Below, one piece after another: positions 13,415-24,789 of a stretch of 62,000 nt of DNA. The notes below the pieces were generated by a model. The model did no database searches. It saw nothing but the letters and a program-made list of their open reading frames with translations, and was not told the DNA's origin. The stretch covers positions 83,638,001-83,700,000 of the forward strand of contig NC_065882.2 of assembly GCF_932274485.2 (NCBI RefSeq). The letters run 5' to 3'. The position numbers and the translations under genes were made by a program. Within the stretch, counting starts at the first letter, position 1; each line of letters starts with the position of its first letter.

Positions 13415-13758
13415 CAATCGGATTTATATTTCGTTTCGTTTTTTTTATACTTTCGATGGCCTACCCTACATGAAGATCTGACCGGTTATAGTGATAGGTC
13501 GCATCAGAGGTCATACGAGCGACTTTTGACCCTATGACGTCAGACATTTGATTTATCAATCAGCATTGATGTTTCTAGTGGATTAGCCACAGTTCCGTGC
13601 ACCACACGCCAAAAGCTCGCTGTAACAGGCCGTTTCATTGGCTAAACCTTCCTATCATCCAGAACACGTCAATGATTACAACTTTTTCAGATCTTAGTGT
13701 AGTGAAGACAAGTAAAAGGAAATTTTGAACTATAAAAAAAACGAAATAGGATTGATTG
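13415..13758 (-). mobile_element. MITE family of about 370 bp (CAATCTGATT termini), just after the FReD stop codon
   Basis: Reverse-complement match to 23267-23635; termini eroded. Confidence 0.75.
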
Positions 13759-15204
13759 AAATGTTTTCAACTATTTAGTATCCTCAATGAAACCAGTCTT
13801 GATAACACTGCACGGAATAAAATGTATCATTGATCATGTAGTTCCATCTCGTCCTTCAGCACAAATCAGAGTAATAGAATGTGGAATTTACCACAGGAAC
13901 GTGACGAGTCGCTCCTCTAGCACGGTAGAGAAGGAGTTCAATATAAAATCTTGTTGTAAAGCCATGGTTAGCACGTGCGCGCTGTGTCATAAGGTCTGTT
14001 ATTGAGTCCACTGGCGTGGTTTCGACTCCCCGGTTGTACGTGACAAGGAGTAGAATCGCCTGTCCAACCTTCATTTTACATCAAACTATAAACGATTTAC
14101 GTTTAAAGATACCATCCCGCGTAAACTACAAACTGGGGAATTTGATGATTGGACTAAAAACATATTCAAACTTATTAATCTGTCACAATTTTGTTCAAAA
14201 TCCTTCTCAAAACATTGTATTCGCTATAAAAAAAAATCCTATTAAACGAAACCAGGTTTGTGTCACGTGACATGGCTGACGCGGTATCTAGCAACGTGTG
14301 CGAAGCCGGATGAGAACTCATTGCATATATAAGACGATGTTGTCTTTAATCGCTGTCCATTAATCTTAAATATTTGAAGCCTAATGAAATTTTTGGATTA
14401 TCGTCTGCGCAAGTATTTTTCCGTGTTTTGTTATCTCAGAAACTGTTGTATGTTTGAGCTCACCATAAAGTTGATCAACATATGCGCTCACTAACGCTGA
14501 GAGATCAGACAATCTTCGCGTGAAACCTTTAACGTCACCCGAGGAGACGTCCATAGTCGTCTGGTTGTCGATTAGGGGAACCCTTACATTTTTGTCCTAT
14601 ATGCGCTTCATGTGTGTTTTTCAGGGAATCCAGTATTTTTCTCGTAAGACTGGATATTTCTACTATCCATATATAACAAAATTGCCATACGTTTATTGGC
14701 AATAACCACCCGATAAATATTTTTGTGGGAAAGTAACTTTAACATTGAAATAACAATAATTACTTGTGTTAAGAAAACAAAACTCGTTGGAAAACAAGAT
14801 TATTGATTTTATATTTCTTATATTATAATTACATTTTATTGAATATCTTACCTATCATCTTTTTTTTGTTTTCTAATCCGCCTGAGTAAGCACTGTACTA
14901 ACATAGACCTCCTGTGTGTAGGCGAAGTGGCTGCTCTACACATTTGTTACTATACTTGCTTGAAAACGTTGAGAGAATACTCTTCGAAACGTCGTCCAAA
15001 TAAATCAGTAATTGTTCTTCCATAAGTATGTGTTATAGTTTATTGCTCTATCCAGTTACTAAATGCCTCTAAAAGATCATGGCTGTTCTTATGTTTTATT
15101 TCATTTCTTATTAACAATTTTAAACACTCTGTTAAAACGCACTGACTAATAATAAAAGTTGTCTTCTTACAACACAAATTCGTTTCCTATAGCCAAAATA
15201 AAAT

Positions 15205-15435
15205 GAAAATGAAATGTGGTTTAACGTCCTACCGTTCTGCTCCGATTGGGCTAATGAAGACGGGCATATACGCCATACAGTGTGTTATGGGGGAAATTTT
15301 GCCCTGGACAGCGGCGCTGTGGCCTACTCTTATTGTATCGAATTCCAACTGACAAAGGATCTTTAACGTGCACGAGAATGTGTACACAGGACCTCAGTTT
15401 TTCGTTCCATCCGAACAACTAGACAGCTGTCCTGC
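15205..15435 (-). mobile_element. SINE family A, 5'-truncated
   Basis: Aligns to 1194-1410. Confidence 0.8.
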
Positions 15436-15483
15436 ACCACTAACCAGGGGGGAACCCACGACTTCCTATAACAAAAACACTTG

Positions 15484-15521
<38 letters not shown>

Positions 15522-15814
15522 CTTTAAAAATAATAAACTGAAGATTAGTTTTCATATAAATTCATTACCAACCGGTTTCATAATATAGTGATGACATATT
15601 GAAGACATAAATCATGAACATTTAACTTTTACATTCCAGACACAGAATGCCTTTTCACCATTTTGCGACACAACTAAAGTGGCTATACTTTGTGAGGAAA
15701 GAGGACGGGGAAAGAACGTGTTTACATAAATATTAGAATCTAGATATTTATCCGGGCTTCTATTGGAACCAATGTAATAATGTTTAGATGTTTAGGTTGG
15801 AGTGCTGTGAGAGT

Positions 15815-16410
15815 ATACTTTGGTGTTCTTGTTGGTATTCTGGGGGCGATTCTTTGGTAGTCTGATCGTGGTGCTTTGGTGTTTGTGTTAGTATTCTTGT
15901 GGCGGTACTTTGGTGCTCTTGTTGGTATTCTGGTGGCGATATTTTGGTGTTCGTGCTAGTATTCTGGTGGCGGTGCTTTGGTGTTCTTGTTGGTATTTTA
16001 GGGGCAGCACTTTGGTGATCTTGTTGGTATTCTGAAGGCAGCACTTTGGTGTTCTTATTGATATTCTGGTGGCGGTTTTTTGGAGCTGTTGTTGGTATTC
16101 TGATGGCCGTGCTTTGGTGTTCTTATCGATATTCTGGTGGCGCTTCTTTGGTGCTGTTGTTGGTATTCTGATGGCGATATTTTGGTGTTCGTGCTAGTAT
16201 TCTGGTGGCGGTGCTTTGGTGTTCTTGTTGGTATTTTCGGGGCAGCACTTTGGTGATCTTGTTGGTATTCTGAAGGCAACACTTTGGTGTTCTTATTGGT
16301 ATTCTGGTGGCGGTTCTTTGGTGCTGTTGTTGGTATTCTGGTGACCGTGCTTTGGTGTTCTTTTTGGTATTCTGGTGGTGATGCTTTGGTGTTCTTGTTT
16401 GTATTCTAGT
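15815..16410. repeat. Minisatellite, about 34-bp unit, with 238-bp higher-order period
   Basis: CTTTGGTGTTCTTGTTGGTATTCTGGTGGCG.. units; ORF-track peptides recur 238 bp apart. Confidence 0.9.
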
Positions 16411-17104
16411 GACGTTGCTCTGAATTTTGTGGGTTTTGTAGAATGAGGGATTCCAATCTTATCGAGCCCTTTGAATACCGATACCTTCACAATCAGTTAC
16501 TTGCTTTACCTGGCTGATTACAGGACTCCCAGGATGTTGATAATATTACATTGTTCCAGCTTCTCCACAATACATATAATAAAATATAAATAGTAGAAAA
16601 AGTGTTTGATCAGATATGGATTTGTGTCGCAGCTAACCTTACAAGCAGGCAGATACATACTTCCATTTGCGAATCTGTTAAAATATTGTCGATTTCTCAC
16701 AGTACGATACTCTGATAATTTAAATTCTTACATTTTATACACAGGGCACCTCTTGTAACCCTGATGACATGGATACAATGACAGATGCAATTAACGACAT
16801 CTACTTCTATAACAACACATGGGCGTCACTTGTAACTGAGATGTTGTTAAAGATATCCTCTTCTATAGCACATGGACGTCTCTTGTATCTGAGATGACAA
16901 ATCTAAACTTTTACGTCTTACTTGGATACAATCAAAGATGCGGTTTGATACGATTTTTTTTATGAATGGAGAGATCACGTTCTTCCGGAGAAAATTTGAA
17001 ATGGAAACGTTTATGTTGTCTCTCGAAATTTGCAGAACACGATTAATCAAAATTGTTGCCGAATTTAGTGTTACATCTTTGATTTGAAAACCTTTGATTA
17101 CGGA

Positions 17105-17430
17105 CTAATCGAAAAATCGATTGTTGTTTCGAAATCTAGGATTAATTCCTTGGTTGGGAAATCCAAAACCTTGGTTGGGAAATCCAAAACCTTGGTTGGG
17201 AAATCCAAATCCTTGGTTGGGAAATCCAAATCCGCTGTTGGGAAATTCAAATCCGCTGTTGAAACCTGGGTTACCAAATCTGGGAAAACCTTGGTTGAAA
17301 GGTGATCCAAACCCACCATTAAATCCTTGGTTGAATCCAAATCCTCCATTAAAACGTCGTCCAACATTACCATCATCAAAATCATTTCTGAAACCATTTC
17401 TACCTTGGTTGTTTTCATAGAAATCGTCAG
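17105..17430 (-). CDS. GFGFPNQ-repeat secreted protein, copy A, coding exon 2 (129 aa in total)
   Basis: ttattctacag|CT GAC GAT TTC; reads DDFYENNQGRNGFRNDFDDGNVGRRFNGGFGFNQG...(GFGFPNQ)x4 GINPRFRNNNRFFD*; most differences from copy B are synonymous in this frame. Confidence 0.85.
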
Positions 17431-17524
17431 CTGTAGAATAAAACCAAAGGACATCTTCAAATTTAATTTCTATAGACGTTTGTATAAAATGAAATTAAAA
17501 CAGAACAGATTAGATAACTAGATG

Positions 17525-17830
17525 AAATTTTAAATGGGAACCCAAAGGGAAAACAATGGAATCGTGATAGGGAACCAAATAGAATCTTGAATGGGAACTC
17601 AATTGAATATTCACCGGGAACCAAATGGAATTTTGAATGGGAACTCAATTGAATATTGATAGGGAACCAAATGGAATCTTGAATGAAAACAAAATGAATC
17701 TTGAATGGAAACCAAATGGGTCTTAAATGAGAATCAAATAGAATTCTTAGGCAGCAATAATTAGGGAACTCGATGGAATCTTGAATCAGAATCTGAAACC
17801 CAATGGATTCTGGAAGCGGAACCCAGGGAA
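17525..17830. repeat. Degenerate repeat of about 22 bp (GGGAACCAAATGGAATCTTGAAT) in the intron of copy A
   Basis: Recurring motif seen directly. Confidence 0.7.
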
Positions 17831-17948
17831 ACTTTGACTGAGGAAAACCTACGGTGTATTTCTGGTTTTGAACTCAAGATTCCAAGGGATCAACACAGCC
17901 CTAGATTAAAACCATTGAACTAAAGAAAAGGTAGGTATAATATCTTAC

Positions 17949-18012
17949 CTTTAATAATTAAAATAAATGTAGTTATAACCAGACATATTGTACCTAGATT
18001 CGTAGAAGACAT
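17949..18012 (-). CDS. GFGFPNQ-repeat secreted protein, copy A, coding exon 1 (signal peptide MSSTNLGTICLVITTFILIIKA)
   Basis: ATG at 18012-18010, hydrophobic leader, AAA G|gtaag phase-1 donor; homologous to copy B exon 1. Confidence 0.8.
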
Positions 18013-18231
18013 GTTCAGGTATTATGCAACTTTATCCTGTAATGTAATATAAATATACTGGTGTCTTATACAAGTATTGATATTCAAAGTACTTCTGGTT
18101 TTTGATGCAAAGGTATTACTTCTTTGAACGCTAGCCTCAAACAGTGCAACTTAAGCCTGTAATGCATATAATTTATTGTAAAGAGTGAAACTCTTTTAAC
18201 TCCACTTTGACACCGGGGGGGGGGGGGGGGG

Positions 18232-18477
18232 TGCGGGATGTATTTTAAAGTCCGTTATTGAGTCAACCGGTGTGGTTTCTAATCCCCGGTTGTACGTGAA
18301 AAAGAGTAGGGTCGCCTGTCCAACCTTGTGTGTTTTCTCCGGGTCCTTCGGTGTTCTCCAACTGCTAATTAAGACCCCTACGCGCAAGAAAATTATTGAA
18401 ATAAAAACTTGAACCTTGTGTTAATACCGAAATGACCTAGCTTGTGTCGAGTTGAAGTTAAACCCCATTTCTCTCTC
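18232..18477 (+). mobile_element. SINE family B (V-domain)
   Basis: Aligns to 48803-49028. Confidence 0.75.
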
Positions 18478-18494
18478 ATTTTGACACAACGGCA

Positions 18495-18735
18495 CTAATT
18501 CCTTTAACATAATATAAATAGTATCTACAATTCCTTTGACGTAAATAATCCTTATAACTTTACTAATTCCTTTAAGTAAATAATCCTTATAACGTTACTA
18601 ATTCCTTTAACTTAAATAATCCTTATAACGTTCCTGATTCCTTTAACTTACATAATCCCTATAACGTTATTAATTCCTTTAACTTTCCTTTAACTTAAAT
18701 AATCCTTATAACGTTACTAACGTCTTTAACGTTAC
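18495..18735. repeat. AT-rich tandem repeat, about 36-bp unit
   Basis: TAATTCCTTTAACTTAAATAATCCTTATAACGTTAC units. Confidence 0.85.
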
Positions 18736-18769
18736 ATTGCGTGCCGTTGCCACGTATTTCAATGTTAAC

Positions 18770-19156
18770 TTAAAACATACATTATGTAAGAGCTAAGTCT
18801 GCCTGTTGCAGGTCTTTCTTTAGGCCTGAAATGTTATCTTAATTATTAATTAGGCATTTATTAACTTATCCAGACCATAATCAACTCTCGATTCCATCGC
18901 TCGTCTGCGATTGGAATAAGCGGATTGGAATACATTTTTAGAAAAATAATTAAACGTAAAAATATATAATCGAGACTTTGTTTTTTCTTATCGTACTGAC
19001 CTTAGTAATGATGATCAAGGCTAGCCTAAAATTCAAAAGCTAATATCTCGGTTCAGAGTGGAGCAATTTGACGAAATTCTATTTACGTTATCTATTTTTA
19101 ACTATTATAGCGAGAAGTATCAACTCTTCATCTAATCTCCCATAATGCGCCTTTAA
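18770..19156. mobile_element. TTAA-flanked non-autonomous element of about 380 bp (Kolobok/piggyBac-like)
   Basis: TTAA at both ends, imperfect TIR containing CATTATG..AGA; related copies at 42285-42664, 49941-50212, 54520-54821 and about 55700-56050. Confidence 0.65.
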
Positions 19157-19189
19157 CATAACTTGGATTATATGCCTACTTAATATACA

Positions 19190-19514
19190 ATGAAATGAAA
19201 TGAAATGAAATGGGGTTTAACGTCCTACTGTTCTGCTCCTAAACTGGGATAATGAAGACGGGCATACGCCATATAGTGTGCTATGAGGGAAATTTTGCCC
19301 GGACAGCGGCACTACGGCCTACTCTTATATCGAATTCCAACTGCCAAAGAATCTTTTACGTGCACGGGAATATGTCCTTGTCAGGCCCTCCGTCTCCGTC
19401 CTGCATCACTGACGCCGAAAAATCTGGATGAACTTTCTCGGCCAATGCAGGGATCGAACACCCGAACTCCAGGCTAGCGAACCAGCGTCTTACCCACTTA
19501 GCCACGTGATCCCC
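19190..19514 (-). mobile_element. SINE family A, near full length
   Basis: Aligns to 1194-1505; B box GTTCGATCC. Confidence 0.82.
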
Positions 19515-19840
19515 TTAATATTCAAACCTACCTGACTGAAGAAAAGAAGATACCCAACGTTTAACGGAGACCAGAGATGATTATATATAAAACTAATAAA
19601 GTTGTGTATGGTATGTACCTGTATATATAGTCTACATGTTTATTATTTACTTTGTAAGGGGGTCATCGGGTTATTTTTGTTTTGTTTTGTTTATTATCAA
19701 TCAATCGAAGTGTGCAGCTTGTCTGTATGGGGTCAATAGGTTGAGCAATTATATAGTTGATATCACGTCATTGTAAATAATACTGATTGAGCTATAGCTT
19801 TATTTGTTTATTTATTGTTGTTTATCTATTAAAGACTCAC

Positions 19841-19960
19841 CTCTACCAAATCCACAAATACCTTCAAATCAATGTCAGAAATATTTATAACGGGGTGTTT
19901 CATCCTTTAGCAGGCGACATTTTGTTTGTATTAATTAGGTCATAATTATTGTGGGTCACC
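19841..19960 (-). promoter_or_regulatory. Putative TATA promoter and short non-coding first exon of copy A
   Basis: TATAAATA on minus at 19889-19882, donor GAG|gtgagt at 19841/19840, TGACC motifs just upstream; acceptor ttacag| just before the ATG exon. Confidence 0.4.
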
Positions 19961-21194
19961 CATAACCTCCTAGTCTTCAACAAATGGGAAAGGTTGGGGG
20001 TGGGGGGATTTCCATTGTTCATGCCTATCCAGGTGTTTGTTTTATAGGTTGTTGATTATTCGGTAAGTAAGAGTTGCGCCCCTTCCCAAAATAAATCTCA
20101 TAATTCGTGTATTATTAAAATCAAACATGAAACGGGACGAAGAATTAGCATTAATAAAAAAAATCCATAGATATGGTCCATGAAGAGAAAAAATTTACAA
20201 TAAATATTAAGAAAGTTGAACTGGCAATACAAATGGATTTTCTGAAATGGCAATTCTTAAAAAAATATTATGGGCTTCGGCATCTCGTTTTAGAGCTAGT
20301 TACCTCCCTCAGATTCTTGTTCGTGATAATGTAAAAGGTCGGATAATCTAGCTAATGACATAGTTAAATTCAATTGTTGACAACTTATATAGACCAATAT
20401 TATGTGTCATAATTTGTGGTCCAACCCCGTGGACCCCCACGCGCAAGCGAATTACTGAAATAACATTAAACCATTCGTTGGTCCCGAAATGGCCTAGTGT
20501 GTGTCGAGTCGACGTTAAACCCCATTTCTCTCTCTCATAATTTTTATTTATTATTGAAAATGGGATGTCCATCAATGGGGGGGGGGGGGCAAATGGTCAA
20601 ACACTTCGTAATACTTGAGTATCAGCAGCCTTTGACATGATTGACCATAAGAAGCTTCTACATCGTCTTAAGTGTGATTATGAAATCAGTTCAGGCGCCA
20701 TAAATTAGTGCTTGTCATATTTGGCTGGTGGTTACAATTTTAATCCTTTAACATGAGTCCTTTAAATTATAAGGTCTGTCATTGAGTCAAGTGACATGGC
20801 TTGGTAACGTGACAAGGAGAAGGGTCGCCTGTCCAATCTTGTGGGGTTTCTCTGGGTCCTCCCACTGCTAAGTACCTCGATGCACAGGCTGCAACATTTA
20901 CCCATATTATTGTAATCTTAAAATGAACTAATTTTACCAGTTGGATATGTAAGAAATAGCTTCAACTAGTTGGACAGGGGCGAAAACCCAGGTCTCTTGG
21001 ACAGTTGGAATCTGGGCAGAATTTCACTCTAAGCACATTGCATTGTGTTTGCCCATCTTCATTAGCACAGTTGGTGCAAACTCGAGTAGCAATTTAAACC
21101 CCATTTCATTTCAAACCATCGCAAATTGAAAACCGACAAAATCAAAAAATAAAACAAAATTCTACAGGTAAATATGTTACTGAAGATGAAACAA

Positions 21195-21413
21195 ACATGA
21201 CCCTATTATGACCCTGAACCCCCTGCGCCAATTTCTGGTGATATCAGCAGACAGCAGATCAATATGTGTTATACAAGATGTGAAAAACATGACCCTATGA
21301 CCCTGTCCCCTCCCCCCAACAGTAAATAATAAACTATAAATACGGGAACTTATCATACACAACATTATTACCGGTAGTTTCACACAATCATCATCTCCAA
21401 TTTCTTCAGTCAG
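21195..21413 (+). promoter_or_regulatory. Putative TATA promoter and non-coding first exon of copy B
   Basis: TATAAATA at 21335-21342, donor CAG|gtaaag at 21413/21414, four TGACCC motifs upstream. Confidence 0.45.
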
Positions 21414-21654
21414 GTAAAGTTACGATGGGAAACGATTTCATATAATTTTGTCTTTTAAACTATAAAATGGGGGGGGGGGCGAATGCATAACACATGCGCC
21501 TTGGATCGTAAGGTAAGGTGTGGTTTCAATTCCCAGCTTGTACGTGACAAGGACTTAGGTCGCCTGCCCAACCTCGTGGGTTTCCCCGGGTCCTATGATA
21601 AAATTGAACCATATGTTATTTTTAAAGACGTTGACGGGAATAGGGAATTTAGTA

Positions 21655-21898
21655 CCCAGATAACAGGTTAAAGTCGTAGACTAGTTCTACCAGATAACTT
21701 TTATATACAGGATAAAATTGTAGACTAGTTTTACCAGATAACTTTTATATTACAGGTTAAAGCTGTAGACTAGTTTTACCAGATAACTTTTATATAACAG
21801 GTTAAAATTGTAGACTAGTTTCACCAGATAACTTTTATATAAGAGATTAAAGTTGTAGACTAGTTTTACCAGAGAACTTTATATTACAGGTTAAAGTT
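21655..21898. repeat. Tandem repeat, about 44-bp unit, 5-6 copies, containing the splice acceptor of copy B
   Basis: GTAGACTAGTTTTACCAGATAACTTTTATATTACAGGTTAAA units. Confidence 0.9.
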
Positions 21899-21911
21899 TT
21901 AGGAGATAAAC

Positions 21912-21978
21912 ATGGCGTCTATTAGAAATCTGATGACTTTATTCCTGTTTACAGCAACTGTTATTTTAGCTATTAAAG
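21912..21978 (+). CDS. GFGFPNQ-repeat secreted protein, copy B, coding exon 1 (signal peptide MASIRNLMTLFLFTATVILAIKA)
   Basis: aaacATGG Kozak context, hydrophobic leader, AAA G|gtaag phase-1 donor. Confidence 0.82.
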
Positions 21979-22524
21979 GTAAGGCCAGGTATATTTACAA
22001 ATAATCACGTGATATGGAATCTTATAAGTCCAGGTATATTTACACAGAACAGGGATAATCACAGGGTGGTCTGGAATCTTTTTTGAAAACCAGGAAGGTT
22101 AATATGTTTTTCGGAAATTTTTCCATTTAGATTCCAACGAGTGGCACCATTAAATATTTCGAGTCTAGGCCAGTGGTATAGCCAGGCCTCGATTTGTGCC
22201 ACACAATACACAGGAAACAGTAAAAACAAGTTCCACTCGGGGCAGACCAGTCCCTCGTTCCACCAGAACAATGCAACTGGTCGAGGCTCTATCTCCCCCG
22301 GAGGAGTAGACTGTACCAGCCACAATTGACAAAAAGTACATCTAGAGCAAATTGGACAGCAACTCCACTTTACATTATCTTGGATAACAAGACCACCACA
22401 GCGTGTTTCATTATAGTATTGAGAAGACTTATTAACAACCTACAATTCTACCTCTACGAGGATAAAACCAACCAATAAAATGACACTGTACCTTGATTTA
22501 AAAAGTCTTACTTCAATTTTGTAG

Positions 22525-22832
22525 CTGACGATTTCTATGAAAACAACCAAGGTAGAAATGGTTACAGAAACGATTTTGATGATGGTAATGGCGGTCGACG
22601 TTTTAATGGAGGATTTGGATTTAACCGGGGTTTTAATGGAGGGTTTGGAATTCCCAGATTTGGAAACCCAGGTTTCAATAGTGGATTTGGATTTCCCAAC
22701 CAAGGATTTGGATTTCCCAACCAAGGATTTGGATTTCCCAACCAAGGATTTGGATTTCCCAATCAAGGATTTAGACTTCCCAACCAAGGAATTAACCCCA
22801 GATTCCGAAACAACAATCGATTTTTTGATTGA
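22525..22832 (+). CDS. GFGFPNQ-repeat secreted protein, copy B, coding exon 2 (124 aa in total)
   Basis: aattttgtag|CT GAC GAT TTC; DDFYENNQGRNGYRNDFDDGNGGRRFNGGFGF...(GFGFPNQ)x4 GFRLPNQGINPRFRNNNRFFD*; TGA at 22830-22832, at the same position as copy A's TAG. Confidence 0.85.
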
Positions 22833-23266
22833 TCTTGAGCTGAAAAGTTTTCAAACAAAAACAATTATATAGAGAATCTCCTACGAATCTTGTTTAATAT
22901 CAAACAATATCAACACAAGTCGATAAAGTAAAAAAATCGAGGCTTTGCCGTGTTTTGGGGTGATAAAAATGTTTATTCCGTGTACTAAGGCAGTACGAAG
23001 GCGTCTATCTCTTTTCCGAACTTCTCTTTATTATATCAATGGATTCGTATTACAGATCAACGGATGTATATAACAGTGATAGAGCAGATTAACGGATATA
23101 CTTTCCTAATATATAAGTAAACAATTAAATTACTTTCGACAAATATCTCAATGTCGAGCTGTTGATCAGTCAAGAAAGATGTTTATCTCTTCCCATAAAT
23201 TTAATTAGTTCAGACAGGAGGACAAAACACCTAAAAGACTGCCTGGTACGATACAAATATCGAAAT

Positions 23267-23635
23267 CAATCTAATTAAAATACAGATCCTATTTCGTTTC
23301 GTTTCTTATAGTTCAAAATTTCGTTTTACTTGTCTTTACTACAATAGGATCTGGAAGAATTGTTATATAACCCGCGTTCTGGATGATTTGAGGGATAAGC
23401 CAATGAAACGTTTATTACGGCGAGTTTTTGGCGTGAGGTGCGTTGAACTATGGGTAACCCATTAAAAACCTCAACGCTGATTGGTTAATCAAATGTCTGA
23501 CGTCACAGGGTAAAACGCCGCTGATATGAGCTCTGACACAACCTTCCACTACAGCCGGTCAGATCTTCATGTAGTGTAAACCATCGAAAGTATTAAAAAC
23601 GAAACGAAAAATAGATCTGTGTTGTAATCAGATTG
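23267..23635 (+). mobile_element. MITE family of about 370 bp
   Basis: TIR CAATCT.ATTA.AA.ACAGATC, AT on both flanks; four copies in the window. Confidence 0.85.
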
Positions 23636-24789
23636 ATATTGAAACTGACTTGTGATAAACAGAACCACAGGTGTTAAAGCTTACAACTATTTTATAAAAA
23701 TATAATGTGATATATGTAAATACAAGTAATAAATCATTGAATATATTTCCATGTAATTTAAATAAATGTTCTATCTGTTTCTGATTTGAGATATAAGATT
23801 GATGAGCTGGAATGGAATGGGGTTTTAACGTCACCAAAATGCGTCAAATGAACCTTGACCTTCCTTCCCCGCGAACTTTGACAGTTCTGTCAAAATGGCT
23901 GCCCAAACTCAATCAATACCCATAAATGTTTTCAAGCGGGTAATTTGCATAGGGACTGAAATTAACTTTTCCGTGAAGAGTTCCACCTTTGGTGTGTCTG
24001 CCACGGTTCCGAGACCGGTTATTTTAGAGTAATGTAAACGGGTGAATTTCTTGAAATTTATCATGGCCTGGTACCGTCCCGAGAACGGCACATTTATCGC
24101 TGCCAAGTGTAAATGGGGCAAAAGTATGGCGTACGCTTGTCCTTTTTAACTTGGTCGCTGCAGAAAAGTAGGATATTATATCAAAATTCATTTCATTATA
24201 AAGACATATTTGGTATCTTAGAACTTCAATAAAATGTAGATTCACGAGACAAATATTAATAAACTACATCCATTCTAAAAAAGCTTTTTTGCATTTTAGC
24301 TAAAACAGTGATAATTTTAATTGGCGTCAGTTAATAAATTAGACAATGTTCATCAAATATCTATACAAAGAGAGAAGGGGGTAGAACGTCCACTCGACAC
24401 AAACTAGGTCATTTCGGGACGTTAGCAGTGGGGAGAAACCGGAGGATCTGGAGAAAACACACGAGATTGGACAAGCGACCCTACAGACCCTATCATTGAA
24501 CGCCAACGCGCTAACCATTCGACCATCACCCCCCCCTCCTTGTCAGATAATAAAATGGATACGTTTAATCAAATATAGCCTTCACCCTTCACCCTATTCC
24601 CAAAATACAGTATCTCTTTCTGATTCTTGTACTCGGCGTGAAGTCACAGATCACGTGATAACAGGCCGCCATCTTTGTGTTGGGGTACAAATCAAATGAC
24701 CCGGAAGTTCAACAGTTTACTGTAAATATTTATTCATTGTTATGCTAATATCATATTGTTGGGCGGAAGGTGTCGGATAACCATGACGA

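Noticed and set aside
15784..16490. PPEYQQEHQ-repeat ORFs
   Set aside because: The 34-bp unit is not a multiple of 3, so frames rotate and stops occur; non-coding minisatellite
17105..17430. Neuropeptide precursor (GRR site, RF motifs) or FG-nucleoporin
   Set aside because: Only one dibasic site and no repeated G-K/R amidation cassettes; the signal peptide and small size argue against a nucleoporin
17084..17521. ORF-track proteins with PWLGNPN, DLDFPTK or LVGKSKS repeats
   Set aside because: Alternative frames of the 21-bp repeat; splice phase, signal peptide and synonymous changes support the GFGFPNQ frame
22440..22872. The same alternative-frame ORFs over copy B
   Set aside because: Shadow ORFs of the real exon 22525-22832
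23895..24140. Possible coding fragment after AAAATGGCTGCC
   Set aside because: In-frame stop after 45 codons and no identifiable domain
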